Assembly (NCBI GenBank): GCA_023213395.1
Contig: CM041465.1
Location: 124,875,741-124,939,740 of the forward strand
DNA from: Cycas panzhihuaensis
Taxonomy: Eukaryota; Plantae; Cycadophyta
Reading direction: 5' to 3'
Length of the DNA: 64,000 nt
In this document: positions 13,740 to 28,409 of the stretch, in pieces
Layout: every line of letters begins with the position of its first letter
Numbering within the stretch: position 1 is the first letter of the stretch
Notes under the pieces: generated by a model
What the model was told of the DNA's origin: nothing
Database searches by the model: none
The model's input: the letters and a program-made list of their open reading frames with translations, nothing else
Position numbers and translations under genes: made by a program

Positions 13740-15440
13740 TGGTATCAAAGCGGTTGGATTAAGCTTGTTGTAGTTATGTCAACGTTTCAGCCCATGCTCT
13801 CTCTCTTCCTAATCCCAAAATCTCTGTCATCCCTTCTATCTATTAGTGTCAAATTCTTTGCATCCAAACCCTCGCTAGAGAGTTTAACCAAACCCTTCAG
13901 GACAATGAGGGTTTCTGCAGGCTTGGTCTCCACTGAAGGTTTTGAACCCCCAAGGCTCTTAGCGTTCTTCTGTAATTCAAGGAGCTTCTCTTTCATGTAT
14001 TCCCCCACCTGGGGATGTATAATGGATGCAATCGAAGGAGGCAAAGAAGGTCTATATTTGATGGCTGTAATCTTGTGCACAGAATCGTGAGCGAAACCTA
14101 GCTATGTTTTCTTTCCTGTTTTCTGTGGACCTAATTTGGTACCATCCTCTTCAGAATTGAAACTCAGCAGCTAAGGAGATTCAAACCATGAGAGTCGACA
14201 AACGAAGATGAGATAAATTGGAAAATCTATGTATGAGGAGCTTCTGCAATGGTTTGTTGGCTCCCATATTGGCTCTACCCTCACTGTTGCTCACCCGAAA
14301 AAGAGCATCCCTTAAGAACTGAAGACATAAATAAACAACAGAATCACCTATGCCATTATCGCCCCTAAGGAGTTATTAAATCACCATTCGAAGCCATCGA
14401 ATCACCGCTGAATCTCCATTGCTTAAAGCTACTCAATCTTCTCGATGTTTGAAGCCTTTTCATATTCAAATACGGTCCTTACCCGTTGAAGCTCCTCATG
14501 CAGGATTCAAAGATTAATTAAACACCATCCAACGCCATAGCTGCCACCTCAAAGAACATAACTAGGTAGGGTTTCGTAACCCAAAACGGACCCAACATTA
14601 AAATAAATTTGATATATATATATATTTTTGGTTTAATTAAAATTTCTTTTAGTTTAGTTAAAACTTAATTCGGGTCTGCCACCCCTCCTTTCCCCCTACC
14701 TTTTTTTTATTATTTTATTTTAAACTTTATAAGTAATCAAATCAAACTTAGTTAATTTTTAGGATAACTTAATTAATTAATTTAATCTTAGTAATCAATA
14801 AAAGTAAACATTTCTAAGTGCTTCCCTCCCATTTTTTATTTGAATTAATTTAAATACCCCCTCTTCTCTTAATTACTTAATTTTTATAATTTAATGTTAA
14901 TACATTATAATTCTCTAATCAATTATTTATAACACTTGATTAATTCTATTTAAATTTTCTTTATCAAAAGATAATTAAAGGGAAATCATCACTATAAAAA
15001 TTAGACTAAATAGCCCCTTTCATCACTCTAAAATAAAATCATTAGTTAGATAATTCATTAATAATGTTGTTTTGATAATTAGCACATTAAGTACCAAAAT
15101 CTTTAATCCTTCTCATTCATAACCTATAATTTGTTATAAATTAAAATTTTTCTTTTAACAACAAGGGGAGTATCTATCATTAATTTTCTTTTTTTCTAAG
15201 GGGATGATATTTACATAAAGTATCTAAATTAATAGCAATGATCCTAAGAACTTTTATTCATGTCTCTGCCTTAAACATTTGATTTAATGTCTCTGTTACT
15301 CATCAATGGCAAATTAATATATGCCTCTAATATTTAATGTTTTTTTAATAAATCAATTTTTATGACATATTCACTTCAATCACCTATATTTTTCTATCAA
15401 CTACTCAATTAGTCTCTATACATTGTCTTTAATTCCTAAT

Positions 15441-18400
15441 ATGGCACTTATGCCAGGGACAACCACTTGTATTCTAATTCCAGTTTTAAACGGCTCAAAT
15501 TATGCTCACTGGAAAAATTGAATATCCCATCATCTTAAATAACAAAAGATATGGTGATATGTTATAAGTGAATTTGTAAAACTAAAAGATGAAAAATTAG
15601 AAAGTTATATGGTCTATCTAATGAATTGTGATGGATCCCTAGGCATTATCCTATCATCTCTTTCACCTGATATTAGTTAATAATTCTTTGATTTAGACAA
15701 TCTTTCCACCGTCTAGAAAACTCTTAAAGAAAAATATGACAAGGTCGACGCACAACAATTAGCTATCATAGAACAATAATTATATGATCTCAAGTATGAT
15801 AACTTTTCTAAAGTTGAAGATTTCTTATCCAAAATTTAACTTATCAACAAAGAACTAGGAAGTTATATTAAATCTACAGTAAAAGTAGGTGATAAAGAAG
15901 AAAAAGTCATATATACCAAAGATGGCGATACACTCGTTCGTTTGGCAATAAACAAACTTCTGAAGTATTTTAATCTCTTCAAGACTGCTAGATAGCAAGT
16001 TGGTAATCCACCAGTAACCTTTAATCAGTTGACAAATCAACTAATAGAACACCAAACAATGTTGATTCAAATCAGAAAATTAAAGGATCCTTCTCAAGCT
16101 TTCTTTTCAAAATCAAAACCATAAAATAAAATTAAACATCAAATAATTACAATAGTAATCCTAAGTTTCAGAAACCTCACAGAGGTCCACCATCTACTTC
16201 TCAAAATAATATTAAATATTCTAGACCACCAAGATACCAAAATACCTTTAAATAGTTCATTCCAAATCAGAACATTGTGAATCCTTCATAGAACATCACT
16301 TATGCTTATTATCACAAAAAATGCCATACTATTGATGTCTATAGAAATAGAATAACTTCAAAAGCTTGGAAAGCCTCTAAGAGAATTTAATCTTAACTCC
16401 AATCACATAATTGTTCTTTAACTGCTTCAACTGCTGTCTTTATTTCTCCGTCTGGTATATCATTGCAATGGATTCTTAACTCTGGTGCCTCCCATCACAT
16501 GATAGGATACCATAAGTATTTAACCACTTATCAATCTGATACTAACTCTAAAGAAGAGATTTCTTTTGGAAGTGGATCTCAACTCAAAGTAAAAAGATCA
16601 AGTGATATCACTTTGAAAGATGGTTCAATCAAGGACATATTTTATGTTCCTAGTTTATTATTAAACCTTCTTTCTGCTTATCAAATCTGCCAGAAAGACC
16701 TTGTTGTCGAATTTTGGAAAGATATATTTGTTATTAAAGAACCTTTAAATAAATTCAAATCAATTACCTCTGGACCTGTTGATCATAAAACAGGTCTCTA
16801 TAACCTAGCTAGTTTATAACATACTAAATTAAATTATTTTAGTGTCTTTATAGCTAAAACTGACCCAGTCAATAAATTATGGCATGCACGGTTGGGCCAT
16901 ACTAACTATGGAAAACTTCACTATCTAAAAAGATATTATATGGTTCATGATCTTCAACCCCTAACTACTATTTATGGTGTCTGCGAAGCTTGCGTAATAG
17001 GTAAGCAACATATGGATCCCTTTCCACATCAAACTCAATTCAAAGCGAAAGTTCCACTTGAACTTATTTACTCTGATATATGTGGATGATTCTAAGTAAC
17101 TTCATACTCTGGCAGTCATTATTTTGTCACCTTTATTGACGATTTTTCAAGAAAATGTTAGGTGTACACACTCAAAACTAGAAACCAAGTGTTTGACATC
17201 TTTATTGAATTCAAAACACTTGTTAAAAATCAATCTAACTCAAAAATCAAAATTTTTAGATTAGACAATGCTAAAGAATATTTAATTTATTTCCTTTTGT
17301 AAAAAACACAGAATTCAATTTCAACATTATGTTGCTTACACTCCTCAACAAAATGGTGCTATTGAACACAAAAATCATACTCTAGTCGAAATGACTCGAT
17401 ACATGCTACATGCAAAGAGTTTTGATCTAAAGTTATGGGCAAAAGTAATTGCTTACTCTAATTATCTCCTAAATCGTCTACCTAGTAAGAGCTTAAAGAA
17501 TGTTATGCTAGAACAGAAATGGTCTAGTCGTAAACCTTCAGTTAAACATCTTAAAATCTTTGGAAGTATGCTAGAACAGAAATGGTCTAGTCGTAAACCT
17601 TCAGTTAAACATCTTAAAATCTTTGGAAGTATTATGTGGAGACATGTTCCCAAAGAAAAACACAAGAAACTAGATCCTAAAAGTCTAAAATACATCTTCA
17701 TTGGTTACAGGGAAGAAAGCAAAGCCTATAGACTTCTAGATCTAATCATGCATAAGATCTCGATATTATGTGATGTAATATTTGATGAAGAAGAATCCAC
17801 ATCAAATTCTACTTACGTAGAACTCCCAATTGAGAATTTGTTAACTAACACTTATTTGGTTGACCCTTCAGAAAAATAAACTCACTCTGAAATGATAGAA
17901 TCCTTATCTATGCAAGTTGAGAATTGGACTCTATTCGGACCAACTACCATAAATCCTTCCTCCCAGTCTATTTCTTCAAATCAACCAACTACTACAGAAA
18001 CTTTGATAAACAAACAACCTGTATGGGTAAAGAAAACTCTATCTGATGCTAAATCTGATGTAGGTAATCCTTCAGATACTAGGAGAATACGTTCTCAAAA
18101 ATTACAAACTAATTATATATTAATAGCCAAAATAATAGCTAGTAATGATCCAAAAATATTTAAATAAGCTAGCAACAATTCCATATGGTAGCAAGCCATC
18201 CAAGTTGAAATAGATACTTTAAAAAATAACTCAACTTGGGATCTTGTTACTTTACCACCATGAAAGAATTTAGTTGATTTTAAATGGGCTTATCGAACTA
18301 AATTTAATTCAATAGGAGATGTTGAAAAATATAAAGCTCGCTTAGTTGCAAAAGGTTTCTCACAAATTGATGGTATCGATTATAATGAAACCCTTGCTCC

Positions 18401-19660
18401 TATCACTAAAATAAATACTATCAAAATTGTTATTACTCTAGTAGCCAAATTTAATTGGGAAATCCATCAAATAGATGTTAAGAGCGATTTTTAAATGGTG
18501 ATCTCAAAGAAGAAATATATATGACTCAGCTTCCTGGCTTTGTTGATAATCCTAACTTGGTTTGCAAGTTAAAGAAATCATCTTATGAGTTAAAACAAGC
18601 TTCTTAAGCTTGGTACACAAAAGTAGATGATTATCTTACTCAAAATGGATACACTAGATGTATTAGTGATTTTAATCTCTATTTTAAATATGAAAATAAT
18701 AACATTACTATATTAATTCTATATGTTGATGATATTATCATCATAGGAACCTCCACCATCAACATTCATCAACTAAGATTGACCTTGATGAATAAATTTA
18801 AAATGAATGACTTAGGTCTTTTACATTATTTCCTTGGATTACAAATTTATTAAACTGATTGAAAAATAATAATATCTCAACCTAAATATATCTTAGACTT
18901 AATCAAAAGGTTTAACATGGAAAATGCTAAACCTGCTCTTAATCTCTTACAATCATGAGTTAAGTTATCTACTGATTATTCAACACCACTTTGTGATTTG
19001 ACATTATATATCCAACTCATTAGAAGCCTAATTTATTTAACACATACTTAACTGGATATATCCTATGCTGTTACTCTATGTTTTAGATATATGCAAAAAC
19101 TTCATAAATCACATTCGAAAGCCGCCAAATGAATTCTCAAATATCTTCCAGGTACTATTTTTTATGGATTAACTTATAATTTTTGCAATAATACTCTAAA
19201 ATTAATAGGATACACTGATTCAGATTAGGCATGAGACTTTGATGATCGAAAATCAATAGTTGGTTATATTTTTTTCTTAGATTCCTCACCTATTACTTGG
19301 TTCAATAAAAATATATAGGCTCTAGCACCGTCCTCAACATAAGTTGAATATCGAGCGCTTGTTGAAGCCAGTAAAGAAGCATTATAGATCAAATCTCTTT
19401 TGAGTGAAATTAGTATGTTTCTAACTCTTCTATTGAACTTAAAGTTGATAATCAATGTGCTATTGCTATTGCTACCCATCTTGTTGCTCATTCAAGAACT
19501 AAGCATATAGAATTTCATCAATATTTTATATGTAATCTTGTTACTGATAATATTATTTATTTATCTTATTGTCATACAAATCTACAAGTTACTGACATTC
19601 TTACCAAATCATTGACTTAAGTGAAGTTTTTAAAACTGTGAGATTTATTGAAGATAAAAG
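15441..19660 (+). pseudogene. gag-pol: Copia A gag-pol remnant (gag-PR-INT-RT-RH)
   Basis: Motifs include LNGSNYAHW, WILNSGASHHM, LWHARLGH, CEACVIGKQH, LELIYSDICG, TPQQNG, YKARLVAKGFSQ, LYVDDIII and RTKHIE. Numerous stops. Confidence 0.95.
17505..17630 (+). repeat. Perfect 63-bp tandem duplication in the Copia A integrase
   Basis: Two identical copies encode MLEQKWSSRKPSVKHLKIFGS, with TAT microhomology at the junctions. Confidence 0.97.
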
Positions 19661-19741
19661 AAGTCTCCATCAAAGGGGGATCAACATGATAAAGATCTTT
19701 TTTATCTTCCATATTATACAAAATCTAACATTAAAGGTGGA

Positions 19742-20183
19742 TGTTATGAATGTTAATGTTACCTTTTTATATCACATATCAAAAATGTAAACTTAAGTCA
19801 CTAAGGTTAGTTTGATAAAGTTTATGTTTAATTATTGTTTATTATGTAAGTTCATTGAAATGAGAAACTTCCCATTTCAACAAACCTCTCACTCCTTGAA
19901 AAACTCCTCCTAGAATCTAGGAGGAGGTCTGGTTATCAAAAGTTTGTATTAAGGTTGTTCTAAAGGTATTCTCTAGTATGAAAGAGGTATGTTAGTCTGG
20001 TCAGGTTCTTATGTTATGTTCATATTTTCTCAACCAATAGATCAACTTTAAGAGGTGGTTTTTCTTCTCCATAAGGGATTTTCCTCCTGTCAATCCACAT
20101 GTATATGTGCAATGTATATCTGTGTATATTCTGTGCTTTTCATTTCATCCTAATGATATTGCATATGATACATATCCTCAACA
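19742..20183 (+). repeat. Copia A 3' LTR
   Basis: Preceded by the PPT and followed by TSD AAGAT. Confidence 0.97.
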
Positions 20184-22014
20184 AAGATAATATAAGAGAT
20201 GAAGATAATTCTAAAGTAGTTTTATAAAAATAACCAGTACAAATAATTAACAATCTTAAGAATAAGGTTACTTATCACTTTACCTAGATTATAAAATTCT
20301 AAAATATTTTTTAGAGTAGCTTTAAGGTAGGGCAAGTTAAATGAACATTATAAATATTACATTCCTAAGTAATTATTTGAGAAATAATACGAAAGAAGGG
20401 ATAAATATTTATAGAGAAGGTAAAGTAAGCTTCTCAAGGCTAATTGGTTTGTTGGTGCCTATTAGACCCTATAATGGTAAATTACATGAAACCTAAGGGA
20501 GGAAGCTTAGACATTGGAAGGATCTAAGTTTTGTACCCAATCTAATTTAAAATCAAAAGACTCAAATTAATATTGATATTATAGAAAACAAGGTTATAGT
20601 GGCCGAGGGCTTAGGTATGTAACACTCAACTTAAGGAAAAATATAATAAAGGCAATCTAAACACATTAAGTCCTAGTAAAATAAATAAAGAGAGTTATAC
20701 CCAATAATTAAAGGGGAGTAAACCCAATTTTATTAATGAAAATATATTAATATATAATAGTCTTTGAAATCCTTTGACAAATGAGATATTTAACCTGTAT
20801 TCCTTATTATTTGCTCATGAGATAAATGTTAAATGGTATTGTCTCTACTCACTTAAAAAAGAAGTAACACCTTATAGTAATGACTAATGTAGCTATTTTC
20901 ACACTCATCATATAGTTCTTATAGCCTCACATTACCAAAAGAAAGGTTTGAAGAACTTAAAGAAGGTGAAGTAGGCCAACTTATAGTTAGTACTAACATA
21001 CAAGTAGCAATTTAGAGACATGGGTAGAAATGAGTTCTCTACATAGGTGGCTAACCAATTCTCAGAATTTAAATATGGCTCATGAGGTAAGGAGTTGGCT
21101 GTAGGTTCTATCATCTCTTTGGACTCTTAAACTAGGGAAAATAGAATAGGAAAAAGCCTAGGACTGCACTCTTATAGTGGTAAATTATTCAACATATAAA
21201 GGAAGATTAAGCAAACTAAATAAAAGAAAAAAATCATGCAAGTTGTTATGTACACAAACCTATATAGAGATCAGTTAATAATAGCCATTTAAAATCATAT
21301 TCACCAAGTAATTTGATTTGGTGTTCTATAAGCATGAGATATACACCACAACAATAGAGTAAAAGAAGCATGTTGAATAGCAAATATAATATAAAATAGA
21401 AGCTCAAGCAAGGTTATGTGAGTAGCAACTACCAAGAACTTGGTTGAATGATAGTTGCAAGTCTAAATAAAGGAGAACATGCTATACATTCAATAAAATT
21501 ATAGGTTATATAACAATAATAATAACTTTATATTCAACTAAAATATTGGTAGTATAATTAAGGTATTTTCTAGCAACTTCAATAAGATCTTTATTAAAGT
21601 CTCAAATAATTTAGGTAGCCACATATAGACATAGATTTCTATGAGATGTTTCATTAATAAAAATGATTTGAGGCTTAATTAAATATGAAATGATCTTAAA
21701 TTGGATCTACTTCCATAAGGATAAAATAAAGTTGAAATGAAAGCTAAATATAAGCTCTCATGAGCCAATCAGTCTAAAGATCCTAAACAAATTAACTTAT
21801 AAAAAATGATTTACAAATAAATAATAGTTCTCTATTTATAGGCATCATATTAAACCATCCTTTTAAAAATTGGCTTCTGAATAATAAAACCAACTTCTAA
21901 TAACATATCTATATCTTAATAATATTTAAGTTGGACTTCTTATAAATAATTTTATGAATTCTCATAATTATATTAGGCCACAACATGTCCCTTCCATCAA
22001 AAAATTTACTCTAC

Positions 22015-23191
22015 CCACAAAGCATAGATAATGATGGTTGATCTGAGATGAATTATTCATTTTCTCAAGTTGACTTTTGTCATAGTAGCCCTTTCTATTT
22101 AATCAAGTATTCTATACTATTTCATAATTTGAGTTTATATTGGAGGGTATCCATAATAACTTTAGGTTCCAATGTGAGCTTCCCCTCCTCATCTATCATA
22201 AGTAGTATAGTTATTATTCTTATGTGATATCCTACCTTTTTGTTAAGGTTAGACACATGGAAGACATCATGAATCCTACATCCTTTTAGAAAATTGAGAG
22301 CATAAGCTACTTCTCTAATCCTTCTTTGAATTTTGTATGGGTTGGAAAATCTTAATGCTAGTTTATACTTACTTTGTTATTTAAGGGAGGTTGCTTATAT
22401 GGTTGTAGTTTTACATAAATCCAATCTCCTTCCTTAAACTATCTTTCAAATTTCTTTTAGTATATCTATTATTTCATCTTATTCCTTGTGATATTATAGT
22501 TTTTCTTAAGTTCTTCTAAAATTCTTGTAGATTATGTTATCAATTACTCTATTACTAGGGTTTTTTTTATATTTTAAATATAGTCCACTAGTATAAGAAG
22601 TAGGTAACTATGTAATGCCATGAAGGGTATTGTCTTAATGGATGTGTTGTAATTAGTGTTATACCAATATTCAACCAAGTGAATCCATTTTACCCGTGTG
22701 GACTGATTATCTTTGATATAACAATATAGGTATGTTTCTAAAACTTTATTGACTACTTTGGTTTGTCCATCTATTTTGGAGTGGTATGTTGTACTTATGG
22801 TGAGTTAGGCCCCTAGTAATTTGAATAAATCCTTCCAAAAATGGCTTGTGAATTTATGATCCTTATTATTGATTTTTTTAGAAAACCCATGTAATATATG
22901 GATATTATCCATGAATATTTTAATTATTTGAGATTCCTTCTAAGATAATTTAATAGGAATAAAATATGTATATTTCATCGAGTGATCAATTATTACGAAT
23001 AATGTATCTTTTGTTCCTAATTTTGGAAGGCTAGTTATAAAATCCATAATTTTTTTTTTCTATTTTTGCTCAGGTCAATCTAAGGGTCATAGCATTACTA
23101 GAGTTCATATTGATTCTACTTTTTCTCTATGACAAATATCACATTTTAAAATAAACTTCTTTATATCAACCTTCATCCCCCTCTAAGAAAA
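22015..23191 (-). pseudogene. B integrase core, GPY/F module and chromodomain remnant
   Basis: Motifs include MDFITSLP, STTYHSKIDGQTKVVNKVLETYLYCY, EYWYNTNYN, IHDVFHVSNL and DEEGKLTLEP...EYLIK*KG...ST*E. Confidence 0.9.
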
Positions 23192-23196
23192 TAATC

Positions 23197-26100
23197 TATT
23201 AAAATAATATTTTATCTAGAATAGTACCTTATGTGGTATAGTTAATTATTGAGGGTTATGCGACATTCCCTCTTTATTATAAGAATGACAAATGACTTAT
23301 ATGTAATTAGTAACTAAACTTCTCTTATTCCTATAAAGATATTATCTCTCAGATAATCAATGAACGCATCTCATTCTTCGAGTGTTTTCTTCATGGTATC
23401 AAAGTAGGAGTTATGATTAGGATTACTAAGACTAAAAAAATTTTGGTGAGTTATTATTTTCTATCGTCTCGAAGAAGATTATGAAAACAGGAAAAGTTAC
23501 TAAAGAAAGAGTGTTTTATTTACTATATGATCATGTATCGACTATGTACAGAACTGCGCAAAGTTGCCCATACTTGAAGAAATTAAAGTTCTTAACTTTT
23601 TCTAAAATTTGATTAGCAAGACCATTTTGAAGAGTACATCATTTTCTTCCAAAGACCTAACTTGAAATCCCTTCATTTAGATGGTGTTTTTCTTGAAATA
23701 CATCTATATATAAGTTTGAAAGTATTTGAGCATATTTTTTTGAAATCATATATTTAATCTAAGTAAAAACTCTCTAATTTCCTTCCTTAGTCTATGATAA
23801 TCATTTTTCATATAAATTTAAAGAGTTTGAGTGGAGATTTTAAAAGTTTCAAGAATTTTTTACTAAAAATCCTAGTCACACATTTTTATTTTTGGGCCTG
23901 ATTTAAAGCAAATTAGAGAAAATCTTTAAAAAAGTCTTACATATTCAGAATCCTCATCTTAAAATCTTTCTTTTAATCTTAGTTTTAATTTATTTTATAT
24001 AATTATACTTTTGTACAAAATTTCATAGACTCATATGGCCAATCAGACTCAAAACCTATAGTACATTCTGATAACTTTATTTTCCTTCTCTTCTGAAGAT
24101 GGACTCCTTTGTTCTAGCTCTAGGTGAATGGGACAAACCTACTCTATTGAATTACCATGTCTGGAAGACCAAAGTTAATAATATTTTAAGAGTAAAAATT
24201 ACATGAGAAACAGTTACATAGAAAGAGAAGAGACCTACTAATGCTACTAACCAACCCAACTAAGACGATAAGAATAATTCTAGTTTCATAACATTAAAGC
24301 TATCCATTTTGTATTCCTAATTATTGCATGTTGGAGGGGTGAATTCTACTAAATAAATATGGAAAGCATATGCTAACCTATATAGTCAAAAGAATGAAGC
24401 TAGGATAGTAGCTTTGAAAGATGAACTATACAAAATTCATATGAGAGAAAAAGAATGTTTCTAAATTTGTTCATAAAATAACATCTATCATAAATGATTT
24501 TACTAGTGTTGGAGTAAATCTTCTTGAATCGAAACTTATCCTAATAATTATTAACAAGCTTCTAACATCATTTAATAATATGGTAAACACCATAATTAAT
24601 AATAATCAAACTATAACAATGTCTCTTAAAACTGTCACAGGTCTTCTACTAACATAGGAACAAAGAAATAGAAGATATAAGGAAGAATCTAAAATAGAGG
24701 AAGCATTCTTATCCAAACTTAGCTTTGGAACTATAGGATGAAGACAATCTTCCTTTAGAGGTTGTAATAGATTACTTGACACTAGAGATTAATCTAGAGA
24801 AAGATGGAAAGATAAGAGAGGCATAGGAAGATTAGTCTTACCAAGAGACTCTAAGGTTTATTTTAATTACAAAAAAATAGGCTATTTTTCTAGTAATTAT
24901 TAAGCACTTGATGTGTACTATTACTATAGATAAGGAGGACCTTATCCTTATTAATTTTCTTAAAGGTGAGCTAAAATTCAAAGAGGAAAATGGCTTACAA
25001 GAAATTACAATAAAGAATAAACCAATCTTGATGATGAAGAAGAAAAAGAAATAGCCTTTATAGCTATACTCACTACTTATACTAGAGATGAAGATGTCTA
25101 GTACATTGACTCAGGGGCATCCAACCATATAACTAGATGAAAAGAATGGCTTAAATCCTTGAGCCATATTCTCCTAATAAATTAGTTGAATTAGGGAATA
25201 ATATCCCCTTCACATTCAAGGTATTAGAGTAATAGTAGTGGAAATGAAAGGAAAAGTAATAAAGATTGGCAATGTTCTTTCCATACTAGGATTGAAGAAA
25301 AATTTGTTGCCTATATCTCAACTTGGTAAGAAGAAGCTAAAAACCATCTTTGATGAAAATGGATTCTATCATGTCTTGCATATGAATAGAGGAGGAATAG
25401 TAGTAGCAAATGGCATAGAACGCAATGATATTCATAAACTACTTTCTAATCACATACCTATTACCTTAAATGTTGATGTAAAGTCTTTTGTTATTTCAAA
25501 TATTGATAATAACAAACTCTAGCATTTGAAGTATGGGTGTATCTCAACTAATAGATTAGAAGTATTAAAGAATTCTAATATAGTTGATGAACTACTAGAT
25601 ATTTTATTTCATTCTTTTATTTATAAAAGTTATTTACTAGGTAAACAACATAAATTTTAATTTCAAAAAGGTATGTGCAAGTATAAAGCAATTATAATTA
25701 GTGCATTTAGATTTTTGTGGGCATATTTCTCTAAACTTACTCAATGAAGCAAGATATTTTCTCACATTTATTAATGATTTCTCTAGAAGAGTCTGGGTAT
25801 ACTTTCTCTACGATAAATTAGAAACATTCAATAAATTCAGAGAATTTAAAGCTTAAATAGAGTTAAAAAAGTAAGAGCAAAGCATTTGATTTGATAGTGG
25901 AGGAAAATATACATCAAAAAAATTTTAAGATTACTATAGAACCCATGTAATACATATATAAATAATCACTCCCGATACACCTTAATCAAATAGTGTTGTA
26001 GAATTGATAAACATAACTATCATAGAAATGGCTTGAAGATTAATTCAAGATAAGCAACTTCTTAAGGCATATTAGGTAAAAGTTGTAAACACAATAGTAT

Positions 26101-28404
26101 ACTTAATAAATAAAAGTCTAACTCAAGCTTTGAATAAACTAACTCCTGAAGAAATATGGATGGGATATAAGCCTAATGTAATTAATCTCAAAATTTTTAG
26201 ATGTGAAGCTTTTGTTCATATTCCTAATAAGAAAAGGACTAAACTCGATTATAAAAGTATAAAGTGTATAATGATAGGCTATAGTAAGTATTATAAGGTT
26301 TATAAATGCATAAATCTTAAAACAAATAAAGCCCATGTAAGTAGAGATATTGTTTTTAATAAATAAGATATTATTAAAAGTGAAGAAATTCATCAAGAAA
26401 TTGAAGTGTCACTAAAAGAAACTTCTATGACTGCTCCTACATCTAAAAAAGTCTTTGGAATAACGTTTAAGGGCACAAAAATAGAAGAAGAATATTCTAA
26501 AAGAGCTCCCTCATCCATAAGGGAAATAAGTCCTAAAGAAGAGGAAAATAGGATAACTTTGAAAAATATACCTAAATGGTATCTTAAGATAGTTGAAGAG
26601 ACAAAAGATGACATATTTGATCATAGAGCCATATCTCAAAAGCATTAGGTATTATTTTATTCAATTTAACTTTAATCGCATGAGTAAGCAAAATAACATG
26701 ATGAATGGAAATCAATAATGGATACAAAAATGATAACTATTTCCAAAAATAAAACATGGGAATTAGTTGAACCACTTATTTAAAAGCCAATTGTTAATTA
26801 TAAATGGGTGTATAAGATAGAAAAAAATTCTAATAGGAGAATAAAAAAATGCAAGACAAGATTGATAGCCAAGGGGTACACCCAAACTATAGGAATAAAC
26901 TATGACATAACCTTCTCTCTAGTAACAAAGCTAAATACTATAAGAATGGTTATCGCACTGGTAGCATAACAAAATTAGAAAATCTTCTAACTTGATATAA
27001 AGAGTGTCGCTTTAAATAGAGACCTAGAAGAAGAGGTATATATGTAACAACTAGAGGGATATATTCAAAATGGCTAAGAACATCTTATTTTCATATTAAA
27101 AAAGGCCCTTTATAGGCTAAAGCAAGCTCTAAGAGCCGAATATACTAAATTAGATAAACATCTCATATAAAATAAATTCCAATGGTGTGAATTAGATTTC
27201 ATTTTATATGTAAAGATTAGTAAATGATTGATCACTATAATTGTTATTTATGCAGATGACATGATTCTTACAAGTAGTGATATAGAGCCCATTATAGCCA
27301 TAAAAACCCAACTAGAAAAAGGATTTGAAATGACTAACTTTAAACTTCTAAGTTATTATCTTGGTATAGAAATAAAACTGAAGAAGGACTCGATCACTAT
27401 ATTACAAAACAAGTATATTAGGAATTTGTTAAGGAAATTCAAGATGGAAGACTACAACACTTATGGAACACTAATGGAGACAAGGTGTAATCTTACTTAA
27501 GACATAAAAGGAACAACAATCAATGTAACTTTACATAGATAACTAGTTGGTAGTATAATTTATCTTATTGCCACCAAACATAATATCTCATACTTAATAG
27601 GTGCAATTTCCAAATACATGTAGGATCTTAAAATGTCACACTAGAGAGCAGCAAAAAGAATACCTAGGTATCTAAAAGATACCTCTAATCTAGAACTTAC
27701 ATATATAAAAAATAATATAAAGAAGCTAGTTGGATATAGTATCTCTAATTGGGCAGAAGACAAAGAAAACAGAAAGTCAAGTATAAGATATTACTTCCTT
27801 CTTGGCTCAATAATGATGTCATAGAGAAGTAAAAAGTAATTAACTATTGTATTATCATCTATAAAGACTGAGTATAAATCAGTAGTAAGTGCATCCTTTG
27901 AAGCACTATGGTTGAGATAGTTGTTGATAAATCTGAATCAAAAGCAGAATAGACAAACAACTATTTATTGTGACAATCAAAGCATAATAAAATCAATAAA
28001 GAACTTGGTCTTTCATGCTAAAACCAAACACATTAAATTACATCATTATTTTATCTAGGAAAAAGTCTAAAATAAATAAATAGAGCTAATACATTATACC
28101 ATAAATAAACAAGTTACAAATATATTGACTAAGCCTTTTAGAAAAGACAAGTTTTAATTTCTTAGAGATAAGCTTGGTTCAAAAAAGATAAAATATTAAG
28201 AGAGGGTGTTAGAATAATATTTTATCAAGAATAGCACCTTATGTTATATAGTTAATTAATGAGGGTTATATGGCATTCCCTCTTCATTGTAAGAATGACA
28301 AGTGGTTTACATATAGTAAACCATTATTAAACTTCTCTTGTACTTATAAAGAGATTATCTCATATAATCAATAAGCATATCTCATTCTTCAAGTGTTTTC
28401 TTCA
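23197..28404 (+). mobile_element. Full-length degenerate Ty1/Copia (element C) with short LTRs, TSD T(A/G)ATC
   Basis: LTRs at 23197-23393 and 28207-28404, PBS TGGTATCAAAGT at 23394-23405, PPT TAAGAGAGGG. Removing C rejoins the B integrase (FLKTYERIRRSFS*RGMK). Confidence 0.95.
24099..28190 (+). pseudogene. gag-pol: Copia C gag-pol remnant
   Basis: Motifs include NYHVWK, YIDSGASNH, RYFLTFINDFSRRVWVY, TPEEIWMGYKP, IYADDMIL and YCDNQS...FHAKTKHI. Confidence 0.93.
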
Positions 28405-28409
28405 TGATC

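Larger units (their letters stand above)
13313..20183 (+). mobile_element. Full-length degenerate Ty1/Copia (element A), TSD AAGAT
   Basis: TG...CA LTRs at 13313-13739 and 19742-20183 (roughly 90% identical by eye). PBS TGGTATCAAAGC at 13740-13751, PPT at ~19731-19741, and AAGAT at 13308-13312 and 20184-20188. Confidence 0.97.
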
